DNA of 63,959 bases, filler included, from Octopus bimaculoides (taxonomy: Eukaryota), in assembly GCF_001194135.2 (NCBI RefSeq). It is 7 parts of 6 records of this genome, joined end to end, with 100 filler letters (N's around TTAATTAATTAA, not from the genome) between each part and the next. Parts side by side here need not be neighbours in the genome. Positions count along the whole stretch, not along the records: positions 31,079 to 37,439 come from NC_068996.1; positions 37,540 to 43,377 come from NC_068997.1; positions 43,478 to 49,520 come from NC_068982.1; 4 more parts are not named here. The stretch is one strand, 5' to 3'. How positions within the stretch are numbered: position 1 is the stretch's first letter; the number at the start of each line of letters is the position of its first letter. The notes under the pieces are model-generated. The model did not search any database. It was not told where the DNA came from and was given only the letters and a program-made list of their open reading frames with translations. Shown in pieces: positions 36,736 to 49,520 of this stretch. The position numbers were made by a program, and so were the translations under genes.

Positions 36736-37404
36736 CACAAATCAAATGAGTAAGATAAGGAGGGAACAACAAACAATACATGATGTCAAGCCAGAAAAAC
36801 ACATGGCAGAAAAAGTGAGATATGAAACGAAAGAATAGCAATGGAAGAATGTGTACAATGAAAATAATAACGTCAGTGAAACAAACTGATCATAGCCTTT
36901 ATCAAAGAAACAGACAATAAATAAGAGAAGCTGAAAAAGAAATGATGCCGAAGTTAGATCCTTGTTTATATGGCAAGGTTAGGCTTATTATTTAATTAAA
37001 TATATAACAATTAAATAATTGAATAAATTAAAAAGTATAAAAACAAGTAAATAAAAGTGTATGTATACAAAAATTAAATTTGGTGTTGATTCGAAACAAA
37101 ACGCAACGTCCATCAAACTGAGTTATATCCTGCTTGTATATGGTAAACGTCTAATATTCCCTTCAGACTCTCAAAGATCTCATCAGTGTGTGGATTTATG
37201 TTTCGCAGATGTGAAGAAATTATTTTACGACGGAACAAATAGAAGCAAAATAAACAAACAATATATACCCAACTGCATGTTTCTTTATAAGATGTGGCTT
37301 AATGTTACTATATTCTCCAGCCTCACACAGTTGTATATATGTGTGTGTTGTGTGGGTGTACATGCATGTACATGAAGACATATGTGTTTCTGTATATATG
37401 TATG

Positions 37405-37439
<35 letters not shown>

Positions 37440-37878
37440 NNNNNNNNNNNNNNNNNNNNNNNNNNNNNNNNNNNNNNNNNNNNTTAATTAATTAANNNNN
37501 NNNNNNNNNNNNNNNNNNNNNNNNNNNNNNNNNNNNNNNTATATATATATGTATGTATGTGTGTATATATATATATATATGTACCTATGTATGTATATTT
37601 GTATGGACATGTATATAAGCACACACATATACATCCATGTGTATACGTAAATACACACACATGCTCACAGCGCCATAGATCTATATCGTTGTTATACACA
37701 TTTCTCATTTATATTATACATGTGTGATTGAGTATAGATGTATCATGTGACTGTTTGAGCAATGTCTCGGTTTGTATGCGTTTGTGTATTTGTGTGTGTG
37801 TGTGTGTGTGTGTGTCTGTGCGCGTGTGTTTTCCTCCCCTTATGCAAATATGTAAATACAGGCATTGGTTGGCATGTA

Positions 37879-37915
<37 letters not shown>

Positions 37916-38479
37916 ATTTATCTTTATATGTGTGCGTCCATATCTGCTAACATATCTGTTTGTCTTGTTAAGACGCCAATTTCACGCCAACGTAGCTCAA
38001 ACGTAGATTCTTCTCTGCAATTTCCGAGTGAGTCATTTGGCAGCAGAATCTTCCTAAGACAAAAAAAAAAAACAAAAAAAAAACCCTATCGAGAGCAAAC
38101 NNNNNNNNNNNNNNNNNNNNNNNNNNNNNNNNNNNNNNNNNNNNNNNNNNNNNNNNNNNNNNNNNNNNNNNNNNNNNNNNNNNNNNNNNNNNNNNNNNNN
38201 NNNNNNNNNNNNNNNNNNNNNNNNNNNNNNNNNNNNNNNNNNNNNNNNNNNNNNNNNNNNNNNNNNNNNNNNNNNNNNNNNNNNNNNNNNNNNNNNNNNN
38301 NNNNNNNNNNNNNNNNNNNNNNNNNNNNNNNNNNNNNNNNNNNNNNNNNNNNNNNNNNNNNNNNNNNNNNNNNNNNNNNNNNNNNNNNNNNNNNNNNNNN
38401 NNNNNNNNNNNNNNNNNNNNNNNNNNNNNNNNNNNNNNNNNNNNNNNNNNNNNNNNNNNNNNNNNNNNNNAAAATAAAT

Positions 38480-38720
38480 AAACACCTTGGGCAAGTGTCT
38501 TCTAATATAGCCTCGGGCCGACCAAAGCCTTGTGAGTGTATTTGGTTGACAGAAACTGAAAGAAGCCCGTCGTATATATGTATATGTATGTGTGTTTGTG
38601 TGTCTGTGTTTGTCCTCCCCTCCAACATCGCTTGACAACCGATGCTGGTGTGTTTACATCCCCGTAACTTAGCAGTTCGGGAAAAGAGGCCGATAGAATA
38701 AATACCAGGCTTACAAAGAA
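38480..38720 (+). mobile_element. SINE family A, partial, next to a gap
   Basis: caccttgggcaagtgtcttct ... gaagcccgtcg ... cttgacaaccgatgctgg. Confidence 0.85.
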
Positions 38721-39019
38721 TAAGCTTCCACACTACTTCCGTCATACAAATTCAACCCCAGTCATTGATCGATCCACGTTATAGAGGAAGACACTTGCTC
38801 AAGTTGTCGCGTCGTTGAACCGAACTCGAAAAACGCGGGATTGCAAAACGAGCTTCTTTAAAACTCACAACTATATCAGTCAGCAAAGGTTGAACAAACC
38901 TAATATATGTCAAAGGAAAGCTAGCTGTGACTATCATGTCTTATTTAAGACACCACATTAATATCAACATTATCCAGTGTGTATGTTTCTGTTATTTTTT
39001 TAAAGGTAGTAAGGCGTCT

Positions 39020-39042
39020 ACAGTAGTAGTAGTAGTAGTAGT

Positions 39043-39120
<78 letters not shown>

Positions 39121-39283
39121 CGTAGTAGTAGTAGTAGTAGTAAAATTATTATTATTAGTAGTAGTACCATTAGCAGAAAATGTAGTAGTAGTAGTAGTAG
39201 TAGTAGCAGTAGTAGTAGTAGTAGTGCTATTAGTGGTAGTAGTAAAATTATTATTATTAATAGTAGTACCATTAGTGGAAGAT

Positions 39284-39329
<46 letters not shown>

Positions 39330-39515
39330 CAGTAGTAGTGGTGGTGGTGGTAGTAGTAGTAGTAATAGTAGTAGTAGTAGTAGTAGAAGACGTAGTTAGT
39401 GGAAGTTGGTGGTTGTATTGTTGCTGTCGTTGTTGTTGCTGCTGGTGGTGGTGTTATTGTTGTTGTTGGTGGTGGTGTCGTGATGATAATGGCATTGGCG
39501 ATGATGATGATGATG
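39020..39515. repeat. Compound trinucleotide microsatellite (GTA/GCA/TTA/GTG/TTG/GAT)
   Basis: Read directly from the sequence; it produces the spurious poly-Val and poly-Leu ORFs. Confidence 0.95.
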
Positions 39516-40406
39516 CTCATATAATAAGTAGGCCTTTTGAGAAAGCGTTGTTTATTAGTTTATTCTAGAAAATTAAATGGTAAAACCAAAACGAGGGAAA
39601 AAAAAAGTGAAAGGAAAAAACCAACAACAACATCACATCATCTCCGAACTGTATGCAAATTAATGCGTGTATATATACGAGAAGAATGAAATAATTTCCA
39701 TCTATAGAGTCTGGTCTTATTATAACACACTGTTCCAGCATCCATTCTGCTTCAGTCTCTTCTCGGCTTGTCTCACCCTGAGATAATCCAGTAAGCCAAT
39801 ATCCGGTGCTGTGGCCATTAAAACGCTCATTTGCATAATAAATGCGAAGCCATGAAACGAACGAAATATCATTCATAGCACGAACATGTGGACTATGTAT
39901 ACAGTTACACACTCTTTCTTTCTTNNNNNNNNNNNNNNNNNNNNNNNNNNNNNNNNNNNNNNNNNNNNNNNNNNNNNNNNNNNNNNNNNNNNNNNNNNNN
40001 NNNNNNNNNNNNNNNNNNNNNNNNNNNNNNNNNNNNNNNNNNNNNNNNNNNNNNNNNNNNNNNNNNNNNNNNNNNNNNNNNNNNNNNNNNNNNNNNNNNN
40101 NNNNNNNNNNNNNNNNNNNNNNNNNNNNNNNNNNNNNNNNNNNNNNNNNNNNNNNNNNNNNNNNNNNNNNNNNNNNNNNNNNTATATATATATATATATA
40201 TATATATGCATATATGCATGCAATCATGCAAAGATAAAGTCATAAATGCATACATGCATTCTTACATACCATACATGGATACGTACATAAACGCACGCAT
40301 ACGTGCGCGCGCGTGGGTGTGTGTGTGAAGGGCGCTGTTAGAGTGAGAGAGCGAGAGAGAGAGAGAGGAAATAGAATGAAACAAATGATGATGATGATGA
40401 CGATGG

Positions 40407-40447
<41 letters not shown>

Positions 40448-40619
40448 GTGATGGAAATGTCACTGTTATAACGGATATAGTTACAGATGTCGCTGAAGCT
40501 TAATCTCTAATCAATAAATAATATTTCAAATTATATGCAAGACTATTTGCTTGACATCTTATTGTGTCTGGGGGAGAGGCATTCCCTTTCAGTGCCTTAT
40601 TATTTAACACTCTCAGTAT

Positions 40620-40830
40620 CGCTTGACAACATGGCTTGACAACCGATGGTGGTGTGTTTACGTCCCCGTAACTTAGCGGTTCGGCAAAAAAAGAGGACCG
40701 ATAGAATAAGTACTAGGCTTCCAAAAAAGAATAAGTCCTGGGGTCGATTTGCTCGACTAAAGGCGGTGCTCCAGCATGGCGACAGTCAAATGACTGAAAC
40801 AAGTAAAAGTAAAATAGAGTAAAAGAGTAA
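40620..40830 (+). mobile_element. SINE family A 3' half
   Basis: cttgacaaccgatggtggtgtgtttacgtccccgtaacttagcggttcggc ... gactgaaacaagtaaaag. Confidence 0.88.
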
Positions 40831-41679
40831 GTCATTAAAGGGTTAATATACTATAAAAAAATGTTTGTGCGAGCGGTCAGAATGAAAAGTCTTATTNNNN
40901 NNNNNNNNNNNNNNNNNNNNNNNNNNNNNNNNNNNNNNNNNNNNNNNNNNNNNNNNNNNNNNNNNNNNNNNNNNNNNNNNNNNNNNNNNNNNNNNNNNNN
41001 NNNNNNNNNNNNNNNNNNNNNNNNNNNNNNNNNNNNNNNNNNNNNNNNNNNNNNNNNNNNNNNNNNNNNNNNNNNNNNNNNNNNNNNNNNNNNNNNNNNN
41101 NNNNNNNNNNNNNNNNNNNNNNNNNNNNNNNNNNNNNNNNNNNNNNNNNNNNNNNNNNNNNNNNNNNNNNNNNNNNNNNNNNNNNNNNNNNNNNNNNNNN
41201 NNNNNNNNNNNNNNNNNNNNNNNNNNNNNNNNNNNNNNNNNNNNNNNNNNNNNNNNNNNNNNNNNNNNNNNNNNNNNNNNNNNNNNNNNNNNNNNNNNNN
41301 NNNNNNNNNNNNNNNNNNNNNNNNNNNNNNNNNNNNNNNNNNNNNNNNNNNNNNNNNNNNNNNNNNNNNNNNNNNNNNNNNNNNNNNNNNNNNNNNNNNN
41401 NNNNNNNNNNNNNNNNNNNNNNNNNNNNNNNNNNNNNNNNNNNNNNNNNNNNNNNNNNNNNATTTATGTTCATTATTTCGCTGATGGGATGAGTCGGGCA
41501 GAAATAACATGATCAAAGACGTTCTAGCAGTGGCCATCCCATCTTTTCATTCTCATTATTATTGTAAAGGATCGTACGCGGAATTCTTTGCAAAAGAGAA
41601 AAAAAAAACTGATGTTGTGATGTGCATGCCTATGCTGCTAAGAGCTAGATTGTATTGGCAAGGTTAGTTTAAATGAAAT

Positions 41680-42140
41680 TAATTCAAATAGGAATCGAAC
41701 CGGGATGCGCATTCGGTTCAGTGTCTCACTTGCTCCTCTTGCGCTGCGGTTTACGGAAACCCAGTCTCGACTCCACCCAAGATAAACAGTTAAGTGTGGG
41801 TGGTAACTTTTCTCCGATTGGGTGCCTATTGTGTTTTCTCTTTCCCTTTAATACTTATACATCATTTAAAGGTAAGCGTATATGTGACGCAGAAAGTGGG
41901 GGAAAAACACAATAACAGAGAGAGAGAAAGAGTGAAAGAGAGAGAATGAGAGACAGAGAGAGAGAGAGAAAGAAAGAGAAAGGGAGAGAGAGTGTATATG
42001 TTACATGTGCTTGTGACCCTCGTCGTCAGTTACTCGACACGCCAATTCGGTATTCCATTGGGCGAGAGGAAAAAAAAGATATTTTGATACAATGGACCGC
42101 GAATAGTTGGGTGGGCCAGCTGCCAAACAAAGCGTGAAAG
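41680..42140. promoter_or_regulatory. Candidate promoter or first-exon region
   Basis: Non-repeat, locally GC- and CpG-rich, with CCAAT/ATTGG motifs (about 41817, 42043 and 42057), a (GA)n tract and an isolated AAAG|gtaagc donor at about 41871. Confidence 0.3.
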
Positions 42141-42249
42141 CTCGGTGCTTGATACTAAGGGAAGTAACTGTTTCTATTACTCGCAGATAATATTTATTCT
42201 TACATTTGCTAATCCGTCGCCGCCAAAGCCACCTCTCTACATATATACA

Positions 42250-42380
42250 CTTTTATTCATTTGTTTCAGTCATTTGACTGCGGCCATGCTGGAGCACCGC
42301 ATTTGGTCGAACAAATCGACCCCAGGACTTATTCTTTGTAAGCCTAGTACTTATTCTATCGGCCTCTTTTTTTTTCTCCG
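42250..42380 (-). mobile_element. SINE family A 3' half
   Basis: tgtttcagtcatttgactgcggccatgctggagcaccgc. Confidence 0.85.
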
Positions 42381-42390
42381 NNNNNNNNNN

Positions 42391-42467
42391 ACGTCCGGTC
42401 TGGGCATCGAAACCGCGATCCTATGACCGCGAGTCCGCTGCCCTAACTACTGGGCCATTGCGCCTCT
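42391..42467 (-). mobile_element. tRNA-derived SINE head, same family as 58289
   Basis: Minus strand agaggcgcaatggcccagtagttagggcagcggactcgcggtcataggatcgcggtttcgatgcccagaccggacg has A and B boxes but no complete acceptor stem. Confidence 0.75.
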
Positions 42468-42524
42468 ACAAAATAGCAAGTAACTTGCAAGGTCAAATCA
42501 TTAATAATGATAATCCTTTCTATT

Positions 42525-42820
42525 AAAGGTACGCGACTTGAATCTTTGTGGGGGTGGGCGTGGGAGGAGGGTAGTTGATTACACCTACATCAGTGCTTGA
42601 ACTAGTAGTACTTATGTCATCGACCCCGAAGGGATGAAATGGAAAATCGACTTCGGTGGAATTTGAACTCAGAACGTAAAGCCGGAGGAAGCATGCGACT
42701 GTGTGGTAAGAACCTTGCTTCCCAACTACATGGTTTCGGGTTGAGTCCCACTGCGTGGCACTTGAGGCCGACCAAAGCCTTGTGAGTAGATTTGGTATGC
42801 GGAAGTTGAAAGACGACCGA
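42525..42820. mobile_element. SINE D (-) followed head-to-head by an internally deleted SINE A head (+)
   Basis: tcgaccccgaagggatgaaatgg ... gaatttgaactcagaacg, then gactgtgtggtaagaaccttgcttccc ... ggccgaccaaagcc. Confidence 0.75.
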
Positions 42821-45524
42821 AGAAGAAATATCTATAATAAAATTCTAGTTGATAACTATAAATTTTTATTAAAACAAAACACGCGGGTGAAGTAAATCTC
42901 GTGGTGTGAAGAATCAACACAACATACGGCTGAAGTGAAACACAACAAACACAACGTGCGGTTGTCATAGTAACAATCTGTTAATGCCTCGCTGTCTGTT
43001 GAATGGCTAAAATTACCCAGATTTTCCCAACTTTCATTCCAAATAACATCAGATTCTTTAATTTACGAGATAAAGTAATTGGTCGATCGTAATCAAAACT
43101 CAGAGTTGCATCGATACAGCAAAATTGAAAGCAATCTGAGTAAAATTAAAAGGAGCTTGTTTTGCGAATGAAACAAACTAGATCCAATTCGGTTGCTACT
43201 TAGAAACTTTCGCACGACCCTGTGGAGGCCCACTTGTTGACTCGTTGAAGTGGATTCGATGAGGGGCTCTAGAAGTTTTATTTTTATTATGCACACTACG
43301 TACTCTCCACCGAGTGTTTCTCTCATTCGATCTCTTTCCCGCTCCTTTTTTTCTCCCACATTCTTTCATAGTCTCTCNNNNNNNNNNNNNNNNNNNNNNN
43401 NNNNNNNNNNNNNNNNNNNNNTTAATTAATTAANNNNNNNNNNNNNNNNNNNNNNNNNNNNNNNNNNNNNNNNNNNNATATATATATATATATATACATA
43501 CATACATATAAATGTGTGTGTATGTATGTATGTATGTACGTATTATGCACGTTTGTATGTACGTATGTTTAAATCATTAGATGTACACAATTAACTGCAC
43601 TTCCGAAGCTCTTTCATAAATTTCTTTTCAAATGTCTGTATTTCGTATGAATGAACATACGAAGAAATGGAAGAACCTCATCTCTATCTACTGGACTATT
43701 ACATATAAAGCTAAATATAAGTTTAAATTATACTCTATCGTCTTTAAAACTCTGATCAACGAAATTCTAGACATAATTTCTCAAAAAGGGAAAAGAGGGA
43801 TCGATATAGTGGAGAAACCACTAATTATTATTTTGCTCGTGCGTCGGCGATTTTTTCTTTCGTTTTTCTTTTTCTTATATTTTGTTTGATCGGCCCTTTC
43901 AATTAAAGACACAAGGCCGGGAATCCTTTCTATTATGAGCACAATACATGAAATTTTGCTGAGGGGGCTAGACGATGATATTGGCCCCAATAGTCATAAT
44001 AATGAAGACGAAATGGAAGAGGATGACGAGCATGAGGAGAAGGAGCATTTTCAGGAGGAGGGCAGGAGATGAAGATGAAGAAGTATCAAAAGGATCAAAC
44101 AAACATGTAGACTGAATTTCTGGCAACCCAAGTAATTGATCTACAACCTGTACTTCTGCCAGATTTAGTTATTAGACAAACCAAATTGCAGATAGACAAG
44201 CGAATAACTTAAATTAATGTAACTAAGATGAGATAGTCAATAAAATTATGTAGAATTTTCTATAAAATTTATTACTATAATTACAAAATACTTTAGCATT
44301 GAGTTTTATCATTTTTATCACCTATACTAATATTTTGATTCCATTTCTGAATTACTTTGGGACGTTTATCTTGCTGGAGTTCAAATCTTGACATTTCTTT
44401 TTGTTGCAATGAATTGAAAAACAATTACTAGTTAATTTCATTTCATTTGTTTATTAATGATATGTTGTTGTCTCGATAGAATTGTATGAAAATAACATTT
44501 GCATTCATTCATCTTAAATTCAGGTTGTAGGTTAGTTACATCGAAAATTACCATTATTTTTTGTCATTGTTTTAAATATGTATTTAATTGGCACTGTCAG
44601 ATGAAAACATTTCAGATTTATTGTCATATAGAAGACAGGAAATGTATCTTTCTATATAAGTTGAGAAGACAGTAAATGAAAACGTTTTATAATGATATAT
44701 AACTCACATGAAAAGGAATTAATTACACGTAGACATTAGTGTATCCCCTGGCTAATAAAAAGCCAAAATATTAGTCGAACGTCGTTGATAAAATTTAGGA
44801 TTCTAAATAAAGCAATGACTTTGATGAATTATGTAAGTTGGATAATTTGTCAGTATAATAGTGTTTCTAGCATGTGATTAGATCTCAGACACTGAACTGC
44901 TGGGTACAAATAAATTAAATTAGGGAGATTGGAATGAGATGAATGTATATAACGTCGTTGAATAGAATGAAGAAATGCGAACACTGACAATTCCACGGTT
45001 AAGTTGCATTGCCACTGTTGTTAATAACGTTATCGATTTCGTAATTTAACGAAGACTGATCTGAATTACGGCCAAATAAATTTCAGTCACACGTGTTGTA
45101 TTCTTAATATATGAATTATTTTATTATTTAGTATGACACGTTTTATGTGAAGCTCATAGTCTGTCAACAGAAAACTTCAAGATGTTTCAGTGGCCTATCT
45201 ATTAGATATAACTAATAGGAATAGCTCTCTCTGGGCGATTATCTGCTAGCCACTTGATAATATTTTCACATTTGATTGCCATTTCTCATAATACTTATGA
45301 TAGTTTATGTTTAATTATTTATTTGTATAATAGTGCTCACTTTCTTAGTAAATATTGCTTTCATTATTTCATCAGTCATAATCTCTTATTTTTAAACAAA
45401 CATCAAGGTAGTCAACCTACGGATGAGGAAGCAGTTTCCCAAGTTTTACCTTCCACTCAAAGTAACATAAAGATTTCAATTCACTTGCCCATCTGTAAGC
45501 TTTGCAGTGTGTGTGTGTGTGTGT

Positions 45525-45563
<39 letters not shown>

Positions 45564-45712
45564 TGTGTGTTTGTGTGTCTCTGTGTGTGCGTGCGTGTCT
45601 GTGTATGAGGGAGGGAGATAACATTGGAAACAATGAAAGAAATAAACATGAAGTGAAAATATCGTAGAAATAAAATGGGCAAAAATACAGATGTGTATTC
45701 TCACCGATTTGA

Positions 45713-46230
45713 TGCCTCATAATTTCCAGAAAAATGAATACTTTTTAACGAAATTTTATACAAATACCGCCAAGATGCTGTGGATTCAGAGTATACAGGG
45801 ATTTATGGCGAAGAATTTTTCGCAGTTGGAAGGAAGAGGAGGTTCCCACATAACTTTCAGGAAAATGGCTATCTTTCAATGAAAGTTTATACAAATACCT
45901 TTCAAGCGACACATATTATGATTATGAAGAAATGTATGCGGAATTTTTTTCTCTGACGAACTTCGGATCAGGAAGACCAAATAGGTTGGTACTACGCTGT
46001 TTCGACAGGGATTGTCCCCATTTTCATTCCATCACAGCCTTCGAAATGATGGTGGGGGGGGGATCTTTATATGAAAAATGTTTTGTAAAATGGAGTTTCG
46101 GATCAAGTAGACCAAATATGTTGGAACTACTTTCCTATAAATCCCTGTATTCCCTGAAACCACAGTATCTAAGCGGTATTTGAATAAAATTTCGTTAAAA
46201 AGTATCCATTTTTCTGGAAATTAAGAGACA
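45713..46230. mobile_element. Fold-back element, about 520 bp, with roughly 105-bp terminal inverted repeats and internal direct repeats
   Basis: 45713-45817 aligns with the reverse complement of 46125-46230 (taatttccagaaaaatg.atactttttaacgaaattttat.caaataccgc...). The internal ttcggatca...gaccaaata.gttgg.actac occurs twice. Confidence 0.85.
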
Positions 46231-48739
46231 AGAAATTTTGGCGCTGGGTAGGGTACAAATGTGTAGTTATGTCAATAGAAGATCGAAAAAAACCTATCTT
46301 GTACCTGAAATAAAAGGAAGTTCAGAAAGTAAATTTTAACTCTAAACTTCAATTTATAAAAGATCTCCCTTGCTTAGTAAATATTCATCATAGTTGTAAT
46401 ATATCTTTAATTTGAACAAACTTCAAGTTATCCAACTCTGTTTCCCATGCAACGAATTAATATTGTTCATTAAACATTAAAATCTACTCCGCAGTGAATG
46501 CAACAAATATTTAAACTTGTGAAAAACGTGAAGTTCAAATCTTCAACAAATTTCAGAAATCGATATTATAGGGAATTTCTTGAAACAGTCAAGCCTTTAA
46601 TAATTGCTTTCTTTTAGTAACCATTACATACCTAATTAATAAGTAACTTTCTCTATTATAATATAGATGTAAACAATTTGTGATATATCGTCGTTGTATA
46701 TTTACAGCTATATAAAAATCAATTAGTTACGTTATAATTATGGCATGAGAATGCTATTGTTTTTTTTATTTTTATAAGTACATGCCAAACACAACAAATG
46801 TAGAATAGAATTAAGTAATACTTAGTGCACACTTTGTTCGTTATATGTCCCCTGTTACGCTTACAGTTGGGAAAATCGATATGCTATTACTAAACAGTTA
46901 TTTAAGAAATAATAATAGTATAAACCCTTGTTAGCTATATTTTATTGGTTTGGGAGTAACATCCCCAAAATTCTATTCCACATTTCTTTCCGATATCATT
47001 TGTTTTGATATTTCTCAAACTAGGATTACGCTTACAGCCATTCTCAGGCTGTTAGTGTATGTGGAATTAAGTTGAAAAGAATGCCCTATTGTGATTTTCG
47101 AAATACAAATCATACGAATATGGATTCAGAGTGAACGATGCTATTAAGCTTATTTTATATTCCCCACTCTATAATGCAATTTTTGTGGATGCCTAGAATG
47201 GAAATATTTGATAGATGACGCACGAATATTCGTATCATGTGAACAAAGATAAATCCAAATGAAATCATTAATAACATCTTAGCAACCTTAAGAAACAACA
47301 TGTAGTAATTTCACAGCAGATTATTCTTTTTCTTTATCAATAGATTATTTGGAAACTGGTAATTACACCATTTCATTCTTCGGATCACATTAATGATATT
47401 TGGTTCTAGATGTCGTCACGCTTAAATTACCCTATCTGCGTTTAATATTTAATTCAAGTGGAACTTTATTTTTCCGGATAGTCATATTGCATTTAAGACA
47501 GCGGGATTTGACTTGTTATGAAGAAGTGGGTGACTATCCAGATGAGTCTACTATTTGGTTCAAAATTTACTATGATATTCATAGCTGAAACTTTCCATTG
47601 TGGTACTGGCACACGTCACATTATGGTGTTCATTGCATTCTCCTGAAATCGATGTCCTTATGGTCATTATCAAAATCAATTACATCATTCCGGAGAATAC
47701 TTGATAAAAACTGGTCCGCGTTTGTAGTCATTGACAATTAAAAGCTGGAAGTATTTAGTTACAGCCGCTCACTCCTGTCAGTTAGAAATTTAACACTACA
47801 AGTCGTGATATATCATATCTATTTAAGGCTATCTGTATGGTACCGGTTCAAAACCCAAGTCTTACAATTGGTGTATTTTTGTATTCGCTCGTGTTTATTC
47901 CTAACGTTTATGTGTATTATGTGTCCAAGATAGAGGTACACGACAGCTGTGTAATATAGGGAAGGTATTACATCTCACTAGCTGCCATATAAGTTTTATT
48001 TCCTAAGTCATTCGTTGAATAGCAACAATATTTTTAGTATTAGAAATTTAAATTTAAAAAAAAAGTTTTACTGATATTCGCTAGCATTGGGATAGAAATG
48101 CAAGCAGCATTCAAGGATTTACTTATCTTTTGTAAGCTTGTGTATAACCTAGATTTGCTAAAACCGTAAGTTATCATATGGATGGCATTCAGCAATTCTT
48201 ATTACATACCAATTTAATCTTGCCTTTATTGTAGTTCCTACTAAGGATTTACTTTGTAGAATAACGTGCCTCAGTAATTTCAATTAATATTTAATGCATT
48301 AGATTCTCAGTTTGAATTGATACTTTTGCTCACGGTGATATATATATATGTATATTAAAGTGTGCTGCTTCACAATCGCTGAAAACAGAAACCGAAGATT
48401 CTGGAATTCTGAGCAACTTCCAAAAATAAGTATCATCAACCATATCATTTACTAATCTTTCACCATAGAGAACTGATTACAAAATATCACTTGCTATTCA
48501 TCAATGCGAGAGATGTAACTAACAAGCGTTGCCTATCGACCGCCACCAGCTTGTACCTAACTATATATAGAAAACCGTAACCCTCCAAAAGCGTTACTCA
48601 GATAAATATTATGAATCGGCGAGTCATAATCTTCTTCTTNNNNNNNNNNNNNNNNNNNNNNNNNNNNNNNNNNNNNNNNNNNNNNNNNNNNNNNNNNNNN
48701 NNNNNNNNNNNNNNNNNNNNNNNNNNNNNNNNNNNNNNN

Positions 48740-48770
<31 letters not shown>

Positions 48771-49486
48771 GGATAGACAGACAGATAGAGAGATAAAGAT
48801 TGAATGAGCGCGTGAGAGAGAAAAAAATGAATGAGAATCATATAAAATACACAAAGTTTTTCCTCACCTCTTCAAATCATTGTCTTGAAATCTATGTGAT
48901 GTTTCATAAGTTTTAATATATTTCTATTGTTACCGAAATTTAATTAAGTATGTTTCTGACTCTGCAGCTAATTTCTGGAGTGTAATTCCTGAAGATTCGT
49001 TTATCAATTTACACTTATACGAATACATAAGGCAACGTACATTGTGTATGTATTCATTAAGGTAATTATACATATGTACACACCGAAACACGTATCTAAA
49101 GAAACGTATTGATTAGGAATGAGATGATGAAGTTTTTACATAAAAAGAATTTAAAATGTCATCAATTGTACGAAAGAATAGAAACGTATCTAGATATTCA
49201 ATTATCCATATTCTATAAAACAAATGATTGCATGAATGCGATACTAAATTGATAAGGGTAATGGAATATGTTGAATTGATTTTATATAAATCTTTCATAT
49301 AATTAATTCATTAAATGATAACATATTTCAATATGACGTATTATTTTTCCTAGAACAATACAACATAACCTTTTACATTAAGAATATAATAAGTCTTTAC
49401 AGAAGTACAATTACTGAAGAATTATAATTCCAGTCCTTAGAAATATAGTAAATATATATGAGTTGGAACTAGCTGCATGAATTCGA

Positions 49487-49520
<34 letters not shown>

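Noticed and set aside
38927-39568. 213-aa poly-Val ORF and its antisense poly-Leu and poly-Tyr ORFs
   Set aside because: Direct translation of a trinucleotide microsatellite, with no splice or domain support.
42391-42467. Possible tRNA gene
   Set aside because: A and B boxes are present, but there is no proper acceptor stem and the same head continues into a SINE body at 58289.
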